From the IMG/VR virus record IMGVR_UViG_3300009678_000031, positions 1 to 41,874 of that record: a stretch of DNA of 41,874 nt. The stretch is one strand, 5' to 3'. How positions within the stretch are numbered: position 1 is the first letter of the stretch; the number at the start of each line of letters is the position of its first letter. This document shows, piece after piece, positions 35,929 through 41,874 of the stretch. The notes under the pieces are model-generated. The model saw only the letters and a program-made list of their open reading frames with translations. It was not told where the DNA came from and ran no database searches. Both the position numbers and the translations under genes were made by a program. The stretch comes from a virus (lineage: Duplodnaviria > Caudoviricetes).

Positions 35929-36401
35929 AAATGGTATCAATGCAGTTGCGGGAAACGCCCGCACCCGAGTTTATCGCCGAGCTGATGGAGGATGGGGCGA
36001 AGCACCTGCGGCCGACCACGGCCGCGAAGATCATCAAGCGGCTGGCCCAGCAAACCCCCGACCGCGAAAGCGCGTGGCTCCTGATTATCGATGGGAGTGG
36101 CCGGCTGATTGGCACTCACCTGATTTCGGTGGGCACCGAGGATCGCTGCGACGCCGCCCCGAAGGAAATCTTCCGCGCCGCGATTATCGCGGGGGGCTCG
36201 AGAATCGTCTATGGGCACTACCACCCGAACGTGGGGCTCGACCCGAGCCGCGCGGACGAGCGCAACTACGAGGCGATCAAGGAAGCCGGGGAGATCCTCG
36301 ACGTCAAGGTGCTCGACTCAATCATCGTCTCGCGCGAGGAGCACGGCGCGTACTCGATCGGCGCGGCCGAGGAGTACGCGGTGGACGTCCCAAATGAATA
36401 A
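35925..36401 (+). CDS. RadC-like JAB/MPN domain protein (158 aa)
   Basis: DRE, ISVGT, PKEIFRAAI, HYHP....PSRAD and GEILDVKVLDSII motifs. Confidence 0.9.
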   Translation: MKMVSMQLRETPAPEFIAELMEDGAKHLRPTTAAKIIKRLAQQTPDRESAWLLIIDGSGRLIGTHLISVGTEDRCDAAPKEIFRAAIIAGGSRIVYGHYHPNVGLDPSRADERNYEAIKEAGEILDVKVLDSIIVSREEHGAYSIGAAEEYAVDVPNE

Positions 36402-36627
36402 GCGAATCGAAGACCGACTGGTGGACCTGGCCCGCGAGGGGCGTCCACCGTCGGTTGAGATGGCGCTGTCGATACGCCGGGCGATGACGGACTTCCGCAC
36501 CATCGCCAGAGTGTGTGAAGACGGAACAGGATCAAGCTCAGTCCAAAAGTTTGTTCAGGACGTGCTTGACACTGTGTCGAATTATGATCGAAAGTTTGGT
36601 GTCGAACAGACATTGGAAAGGAATTAA
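36394..36627 (+). CDS. Hypothetical protein (77 aa)
   Basis: ATG at 36394 overlapping the end of the JAB gene. Confidence 0.6.
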   Translation: MNKRIEDRLVDLAREGRPPSVEMALSIRRAMTDFRTIARVCEDGTGSSSVQKFVQDVLDTVSNYDRKFGVEQTLERN

Positions 36628-37247
36628 TGAATATCACTCCTAAAAAGGAAAATGCCCGCGGTTGCGGGTACCGGAAACCAGGCGGGCTCTACTTGGTCAC
36701 CGACGTCGGGGCACTGGTCCCGTGTTGTCGCCTCCCCTTGAAGCTCGACGTCTGCCCGACCTGCCACGGCGGGATCAAGTTCTCGCGCGGGTTCACGAAG
36801 ATCAACCCGAAGGCACTCTTCGCCGGCCAGCCGGCGAGCGGACAGGGCTATGCGCTCTGCAAGGGTGGCTGGTGCCCGCTGGTCGAGATGCCCGAGGAAG
36901 GGCTCCTCATGTGGGTGGGCGAGAAGTTCTACGCCGACCCGCTCGACTGGATCAAAGAAGTCGCGATGATGGGAGCCTCGAAACGCATCAGCCAGGTGCC
37001 CAGGGGCTTCGAGGTGGGGAAGACGCGCATCTACGTGGCACACCGGAAAGTCCAGATCAACGGGGAGTTGGTCCCCGCGATCTTCCATTCATTTACGCCA
37101 ACCCGGATAGAGTATGTGGTGAAAGGCGATGAAGACGCCGAGACGCTGGAAAAAATGGAGAAAAAGGGGTTCACGCTGGTCAGCGTCACGGCGGCGGATC
37201 AACCCGACCTATTTGAGGAGGTCACAAGTGGCAACGATCAATCCTGA
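36627..37247 (+). CDS. Cys-rich hypothetical protein (RGCGYRKPGGLYL, 206 aa)
   Basis: RBS AAAGGA; multiple Cys motifs. Confidence 0.8.
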   Translation: MNITPKKENARGCGYRKPGGLYLVTDVGALVPCCRLPLKLDVCPTCHGGIKFSRGFTKINPKALFAGQPASGQGYALCKGGWCPLVEMPEEGLLMWVGEKFYADPLDWIKEVAMMGASKRISQVPRGFEVGKTRIYVAHRKVQINGELVPAIFHSFTPTRIEYVVKGDEDAETLEKMEKKGFTLVSVTAADQPDLFEEVTSGNDQS

Positions 37248-37626
37248 AGACAGCAAGTGGAACGGCCAGCAGTGGTGGACGTCCCAGGGCTTTGGCGACC
37301 ACCTGCGCGAGGCGCTCACGTCGTGCGGCGGAGCGGCGGCGACGGCTCCGCATGTAAATCTGTCGGACAGCGTATGCGAGATGGAAGGCGGACCACTCGA
37401 TGGGAATTATTTCATCATCGATAATCGCGCGAAGCGCGTGTTCTTCCCGATTGCGCTGGAGAAGTTCAAGGAAACCGGCACCGAGTGTGCCGGACTCCGG
37501 CACTCGGAGTATCGCCGGACAGGGCCCAAGCGGTTCAGCTACTACGACGAAGACATGGCGGCTGAGATCGGATTCTTGATGTTCGATATGGAGCAAAAGA
37601 TCAAATCTGGGTGGAAGCCAGAATAA
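37228..37626 (+). CDS. Hypothetical protein (GGPLDG motif)
   Basis: GTG start after AGGAGG. Confidence 0.68.
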   Translation: MATINPEDSKWNGQQWWTSQGFGDHLREALTSCGGAAATAPHVNLSDSVCEMEGGPLDGNYFIIDNRAKRVFFPIALEKFKETGTECAGLRHSEYRRTGPKRFSYYDEDMAAEIGFLMFDMEQKIKSGWKPE

Positions 37627-37627
37627 T

Positions 37628-37677
37628 AGGAAAAGTATTGTCTTTTCCTTGACAAAAGGTGTGAATAGAAGTATCAT
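37628..37677 (+). promoter_or_regulatory. Sigma70-type promoter P3 with an inverted repeat abutting the -35
   Basis: TTGACA (37649-37654), 17 nt, TATCAT (37672-37677); AGGAAAAG-N6-CTTTTCCT at 37628-37649. Confidence 0.8.
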
Positions 37678-37695
37678 GGAAAGGAAGTCAACCCC

Positions 37696-38352
37696 ATGTC
37701 AAAGTGGGTAAAGTGGAAGCGGATTCCAAAAGAGGAAAGGAAGAGTATTTTGACAAACAACATTCGGATGCAGGAACACGAGGTTCTTGCGGATCAATCA
37801 GAACCAACCAAGCGTAGGCTGAAAACGCCGCGAGCGAGTAAGGCCCCGATGGTGCGGCGGAGTTCATTCGCGATTCGGCTGCGCGAGCTGCGTCTCGGAC
37901 AGGGACTCGGGCAGGCGGAGTTGGGCCGACGCGCTGGCGTCAGTGGGCCGTCGATCAACACGCTCGAGCGCGGGATCAACGCACCGAAAGTCGAGACGCG
38001 CGAGAAGCTCGAGCGCTACTTCGGACAGGCGCTCCCCGACGTCAGCTACCGCCACAATCCGCGCGGAGCGGGCCGCATCGGTCGCCCCGCGAGCAAACGG
38101 GCAGCCTCGCTTAAGAAAGCCCGCCAGGCGCTCGCAGCGAAGCGTAGTGGGGCATCGCTGGGGATGGACACGAGCCGGAAACCGGCGGATCGGAACCTCA
38201 ACCAGGACTTGATGGCGCTCATGTTTCAGTACGGCACCAAAGAGGTCGCTGCGCTGGCCGGACTGATCGCCACCTCGCTCGCAGGAGAAACGATTGAAAC
38301 GGTTCGCACGGCTGTTCAGGGGAAAGGCCACCCCCATGAAGACCGACGTTAA
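37696..38352 (+). CDS. XRE-family helix-turn-helix regulator with long basic extensions (218 aa)
   Basis: RLRELRLGQGLGQAELGRRAGVS..SINTLERG..P HTH_3 pattern. Confidence 0.85.
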   Translation: MSKWVKWKRIPKEERKSILTNNIRMQEHEVLADQSEPTKRRLKTPRASKAPMVRRSSFAIRLRELRLGQGLGQAELGRRAGVSGPSINTLERGINAPKVETREKLERYFGQALPDVSYRHNPRGAGRIGRPASKRAASLKKARQALAAKRSGASLGMDTSRKPADRNLNQDLMALMFQYGTKEVAALAGLIATSLAGETIETVRTAVQGKGHPHEDRR

Positions 38353-38599
38353 ATTTGTGCCCAATCTGCCGTCTCCTCGCGCGACGCGCTCGAAGATCTA
38401 CCGTTTCATTATGGAGATCCAGAAGCGTCCCGGGGAGTGGGCAGAGTACGACACGGAACGGCTGTCGCGCTTCTCGCGCGCGACTTTGCCCGATGAGTTT
38501 CGCGAGAACATCGACATCCGCAACGTGAAGAACGAGGCGGGCTACTACACCACCTATTTACTTTGGAAGGGAACCAATGGACAACAAGTTGACGTATGA
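38336..38599 (+). CDS. Small phage protein, PG.WA family, paralog 2 (87 aa)
   Basis: RPGEWAEY and TYLLWKG align with the product of 27798-28037. Confidence 0.72.
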   Translation: MKTDVKFVPNLPSPRATRSKIYRFIMEIQKRPGEWAEYDTERLSRFSRATLPDEFRENIDIRNVKNEAGYYTTYLLWKGTNGQQVDV

Positions 38600-39329
38600 C
38601 CAGGGGTACGATTCAAAGCTCAACGCCGAGTTCGTGACCGACCTGATCGCGGCGCACAAGGAATTCAAACCCGCGGTGCGAGATGCCGCCAACGAGTTCT
38701 TCGATTCGAAGTACGTGACCCTCGATGGTGCGTGGGATGCCGTCAAGGATGCGCTGTTCGCGCACAACCTGATGGTGATTCAAACCGTGCAGATCGACTC
38801 ACAGATCGGGCCCGTCTTGATGACGGAGCTACTGCACAAGAACGGCGTACATCGTGTGAGCCTATACCCGATTCGTCCTGCGAAGGAAGGCGACCCCCAG
38901 GCGTTCGCGTCCTGCACGACGTATGCACGCCGCTACGGACTCATGGGTATCGCGATGATCTGCCCCGAGGATGATGACGGGAATGCCGCCGCGGCCGGCT
39001 CCGGTACGAAGGCCGCGGCCCCGCGTGCGGCGAAGCCGACGGGCTCCGCGAACACGGGCACACCCGTGCAGGTCGTGAGCGCGGTGACCGAAACGAAGAT
39101 GAGCAAGGCGGGAAAGCCGTACACGCAGCACACGATCGCGTTCTCGGACGGGACCGAGTGGAAGACGTTCGATGGCGGGCTCAAGGCAATGGCCGAGAGT
39201 GCCAAGAACCTAAAGATTGCGGTCACGTACGAGACGCAGAAGGAAGGTAAATACACCAACCTCACCGCGGTCAACAGCGCGGGCGAGGGCGTGGTCGAGG
39301 TCGATAGCGCCGCAGATCTCCCGTTCTAA
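38577..39329 (+). CDS. erf: ERF-family ssDNA annealing protein with a C-terminal OB-like domain and acidic DLPF tail
   Basis: N.FF.SKY..L, LLHKNG, DPQAFASCTTYARRYGL and EDDDGN motifs; ends DSAADLPF. Confidence 0.9.
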   Translation: MDNKLTYDQGYDSKLNAEFVTDLIAAHKEFKPAVRDAANEFFDSKYVTLDGAWDAVKDALFAHNLMVIQTVQIDSQIGPVLMTELLHKNGVHRVSLYPIRPAKEGDPQAFASCTTYARRYGLMGIAMICPEDDDGNAAAAGSGTKAAAPRAAKPTGSANTGTPVQVVSAVTETKMSKAGKPYTQHTIAFSDGTEWKTFDGGLKAMAESAKNLKIAVTYETQKEGKYTNLTAVNSAGEGVVEVDSAADLPF

Positions 39330-39334
39330 GGAAG

Positions 39335-39457
39335 CGTGTGTGGCCGCCTGGAAAGACAGGGGTGTGTTCGAGCACCACCCTCCTAGTGCGCTCGCGTGCG
39401 GAATGTACAACCGACCTGCGGTAGAGGGCGAGCTGGTGAAATACCAGCCCACACACG
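39335..39457 (+). ncRNA. Putative tRNA-like structured RNA upstream of tRNA-Asn
   Basis: Terminal stem CGUGUGUGG/CCACACACG, T-arm-like GCUGG-UGAAAUA-CCAGC stacked directly on it, and three further internal stems. Confidence 0.6.
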
Positions 39458-39467
39458 AACAGAAAAT

Positions 39468-39542
39468 TGTGGGGTAGTTCAGCGGCAGAACGCCGCGCTG
39501 TTAACGCGGATGTCGCAGGTTCGAGTCCTGCCCCCACAGCCA
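39468..39542 (+). tRNA. tRNA-Asn (anticodon GUU)
   Basis: Acceptor TGTGGGG/CCCCACA, D-arm GTTC/GAAC, anticodon arm CCGCG-CTGTTAA-CGCGG, T-arm GCAGG-TTCGAGT-CCTGC, G discriminator and encoded CCA. Confidence 0.96.
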
Positions 39543-39552
39543 AGTAAATATT

Positions 39553-39843
39553 ATGAGTGAAAAACTGTATCCAGTTGGACGAGGCAAGATGCGCGCGGCA
39601 ACGCGCGACAAGAACGGATTTCTGACCATCATCAACCCGGATGATGTCGAGGAAGTCACGGCGTACTACGAAGCCACGCTGGAGTTTGAGCGCCAGCGGA
39701 TGCAGGACTTCTCGATGAGCTTTACGCGGTGGCAGCGAGACTATTTCGTGCTCCTGCGCGAAGTGCAGAATCTCAACCGGAAAGTCCAGCGCATGAAGAA
39801 CGCCAACGCGCGACTGCGCAGAAAAAAGGAGGAACCTTTATGA
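39553..39843 (+). CDS. Hypothetical coiled-coil protein (96 aa)
   Basis: C-terminal heptads; follows the tRNA. Confidence 0.65.
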   Translation: MSEKLYPVGRGKMRAATRDKNGFLTIINPDDVEEVTAYYEATLEFERQRMQDFSMSFTRWQRDYFVLLREVQNLNRKVQRMKNANARLRRKKEEPL

Positions 39844-39872
39844 CGTAACACAACTCATAAAGGAGGTGCCCA

Positions 39873-40058
39873 GTGGGCACGCAGATCAGAAAGTCTGGCC
39901 GGAAGAACCGCAAGCATGGTCGGAACAAAGTGAAGTGTAATCGGTACGCGCAGGAAGGCCGGCGCGAGAAAAACAAGAAGCGGCGGGCGGCGAAGATCGC
40001 TCGTCGCCGGAACAAGAAAGAAGGAGAACATGAGCATGAAGCGACTAGAGCCTGGTAA
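39873..40058 (+). CDS. Very basic small protein (61 aa)
   Basis: Strong RBS AAAGGAGG before GTG; dominated by Lys/Arg. Confidence 0.7.
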   Translation: MGTQIRKSGRKNRKHGRNKVKCNRYAQEGRREKNKKRRAAKIARRRNKKEGEHEHEATRAW

Positions 40059-40269
40059 GGATGAGCCGCGCATCGTCAGCGTCCATGAATTGTACGGAGC
40101 GCCGGCGTCTTTGCCGCCGCTCCAGCGCGGGAAACATCTGACCGACGATCCGGTGGAATCTCCACCGGCTACGACGTCGGGCTGGCCGAGTCGGTGGTAC
40201 ATCTTCTGGTTCGGAGTCATCGCGGGAATGCTCACCGTCGCAGGGATGATGGCTCTGCTCTCGCAGTGA
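40030..40269 (+). CDS. Small protein with a C-terminal TM helix (79 aa)
   Basis: RBS AAGGAG; hydrophobic C-terminus. Confidence 0.7.
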   Translation: MSMKRLEPGKDEPRIVSVHELYGAPASLPPLQRGKHLTDDPVESPPATTSGWPSRWYIFWFGVIAGMLTVAGMMALLSQ

Positions 40270-40706
40270 TCGCTAGCTTCACCGTTGATGTGCGGCCGGT
40301 ACCAAAAGGCCGGCCGCGCCTCGGAAAGCACGGGAACGTGTATACCCCCACGCCGACCGTGGCGTTCGAGAATCATATCGCGGTGGCCGCGATGCAATCG
40401 AGGTTGCCATACGGGATCGCCGCGCCGATCGCGACGGACATGATGTTCTGGATCGCGCAGCGCGACGGCGATCTCGACAACTACGTGAAGGCCGTGCTCG
40501 ACGGCCTGCGTGCATTTTTCAACGACAAGCAAGTATGGAAGCTCACCGCGAGGTTCGCGGACGAGCGGGAGATGCAACTCCGGGATGGGTTCGAAGGGGT
40601 GGACGTGGAGGTCCAATGGGACGAGGATTACAAACCGCCGGCATCGGCTACCAGTGCGCGTTCTGTGGATCGGAAGCGGCGCTCTCGCCGCTTCCCGATG
40701 GAGTAG
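40266..40706 (+). CDS. rusA: RusA-like Holliday junction resolvase
   Basis: PVPKGRPR, VYTP..T..FE and GDLDNYVKAVLDGL...NDKQV motifs; GTG start overlapping the previous stop. Confidence 0.88.
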   Translation: MIASFTVDVRPVPKGRPRLGKHGNVYTPTPTVAFENHIAVAAMQSRLPYGIAAPIATDMMFWIAQRDGDLDNYVKAVLDGLRAFFNDKQVWKLTARFADEREMQLRDGFEGVDVEVQWDEDYKPPASATSARSVDRKRRSRRFPME

Positions 40707-40912
40707 ATGGTGCGATGTGTGCGACGTGCGCGCTCGAGCTCGAGGAGTACCGCGTCGGCGTCGTGTACGACAGCGAGGGCACGCGGGCACGCGGAGTGGT
40801 CACGAACCACTGCCGCTACCGCGGGTGTGGGCGGGAGTTCCGATCGAAGAGCCGATTCGCGCGCTTCTGCATCGACCACCGTGCGCGCACCAGGCGGAAA
40901 TTCGGGCTATAA
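40616..40912 (+). CDS. Cys-rich zinc-binding protein (98 aa)
   Basis: RBS GGAGG before ATG 40616; CAFC, CATC, C..GC..F...FC..H motifs; overlaps the low-complexity tail of rusA. Confidence 0.65.
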   Translation: MGRGLQTAGIGYQCAFCGSEAALSPLPDGVDGAMCATCALELEEYRVGVVYDSEGTRARGVVTNHCRYRGCGREFRSKSRFARFCIDHRARTRRKFGL

Positions 40913-40949
40913 GCCCTCCCCCACGTTGAGCAGGAAAGGATAGGTTGAG

Positions 40950-41198
40950 ATGGACTTACACGATGACGAGCAATTGATACCGGACGACGAAATACGTTTC
41001 GCGCAAGCGTTCAAGGATAGATTGAAAGCCGCCCGCGTGGCGGGGTTGCTGGAAGCGGCGGAGATAGCGGAGAGCGTCGAGTCGCCAATCCGCGAGAACA
41101 CCGCCAATGGCGGGTCGGTAATTCGCGCCGCTAATTTCACAGACGCCGCCAACGCCATCCGCGCCAAAGCCGACGCCATCGAGAAAGGAACGGAATGA
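40950..41198 (+). CDS. Hypothetical protein (82 aa)
   Basis: LLEAAEIAE...AANAIRA motif common in small phage proteins. Confidence 0.7.
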   Translation: MDLHDDEQLIPDDEIRFAQAFKDRLKAARVAGLLEAAEIAESVESPIRENTANGGSVIRAANFTDAANAIRAKADAIEKGTE

Positions 41199-41404
41199 TG
41201 GAGAAGAATTGCCCGACATGCGGGACGCTGACAACCGAAGTCGATGAGCACTCGTGCTGCGAGGTTTTGTCCTCACGTCTCGCCCAGAGAGAAAAGGAAC
41301 TTCAAGAAGCGAGGGAGATCATGCGCCGGGTGTCAGATTGGGACAGGCGAACGGTTGACGACTGGGACAGGCTGAACGCCTTCCTCAAGAAAGCCGGTGA
41401 TTGA
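41195..41404 (+). CDS. Hypothetical protein (CxxC plus coiled coil, 69 aa)
   Basis: ATGA coupling. Confidence 0.65.
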   Translation: MMEKNCPTCGTLTTEVDEHSCCEVLSSRLAQREKELQEAREIMRRVSDWDRRTVDDWDRLNAFLKKAGD

Positions 41405-41759
41405 GATGGAGGACTTGAAGCCGTGTCCGTGGGGATGCTTCTCGCCACAGATAGACGATGGCTACATACACTGCGATCACACGGTACTGATGACGCCCGA
41501 CGAGTGGAACCAACGCTCCCCCTCTCCCGACCTGACAGCAGAGAGGGAGCCGATCTCACGCAGCATGGCAAGGCGTATCGCAGTGCAGGGCAACATGACG
41601 TTGGTGCCGAACGCTGAACTCTCCGCCTCCAATGAGCGCGTGAAGGTGTTGGAGAAGCTAGCCGGTGACGTGTGTTGGTTTGACTTCTGCGACTGCGATA
41701 GCGACGTAATTAAGGCTGTGGAAGCCCTACGACAAGCCCTAAAGGATGGTGCCCCATGA
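41397..41759 (+). CDS. Lar (restriction-alleviation)-like zinc-finger protein
   Basis: DLKPCPWGC...EWNQR resembles the ELKPCPFCG...WNRR pattern. Confidence 0.55.
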   Translation: MIEMEDLKPCPWGCFSPQIDDGYIHCDHTVLMTPDEWNQRSPSPDLTAEREPISRSMARRIAVQGNMTLVPNAELSASNERVKVLEKLAGDVCWFDFCDCDSDVIKAVEALRQALKDGAP

Positions 41760-41788
41760 CCCCCAAAGAACTGACAGGGGAGATTCAT

Positions 41789-41874
41789 CGTCGCAACAAG
41801 GAGAACAACCCATGAAGATGGAAGATTTCACCATCGAGCAGCACGAAGGCTACGGGCCGGTTGTGCGCGGAAGC
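41789..41874. repeat. Direct terminal repeat, right copy
   Basis: Identical to bases 1-86. Confidence 0.95.

Noticed and set aside
41789-41874. 86-nt terminal repeat as biological direct terminal repeats
   Set aside because: It falls inside a gene in the middle of an operon, typical of an assembly overlap; real ends more plausibly lie near 29.7-32.3 kb.
1-41874. Diversity-generating retroelement, alternative genetic code or lysogeny module
   Set aside because: No reverse transcriptase motif or template/variable repeat pair seen; core genes are intact in the standard bacterial code; no integrase or ParA recognised.

Overview
Apparently complete circularised genome (about 41.8 kb; the first 86 nt recur exactly at 41789-41874) of a short-tailed (podovirus-like) dsDNA bacteriophage of unknown host. 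The minus strand (1628-26722) carries one late block: large terminase, FmdB-type zinc ribbon, portal, scaffold, major capsid, two paralogous decoration proteins, a beta-helix protein, a 1557-aa tail protein with an internal heparinase II/III-like lyase module, adaptor, nozzle, ejection proteins and a lysis cassette. The plus strand carries a RepA/AAA_25-type helicase, many small early genes, a RadC-like JAB protein, an XRE HTH regulator, an ERF annealing protein with an SSB-like tail, tRNA-Asn(GUU) and a RusA-like resolvase. I recognise no DNA polymerase, primase, RNA polymerase, integrase, small terminase, reverse transcriptase or CRISPR array. The most unusual signals are non-coding. First, a ~123-nt tRNA-like RNA lies 10 nt upstream of tRNA-Asn, and its acceptor-like and T-like stems differ from those of the tRNA only by compensatory changes. 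Second, an ~89-nt end-paired RNA starts at the predicted +1 of a sigma70 promoter. Third, two hairpin-dense regions (29.7-30.3 kb and 31.8-32.2 kb) carry primosome-assembly-like motifs on opposite strands. All protein calls are by motif recognition and synteny only; no searches or folding programs were run.
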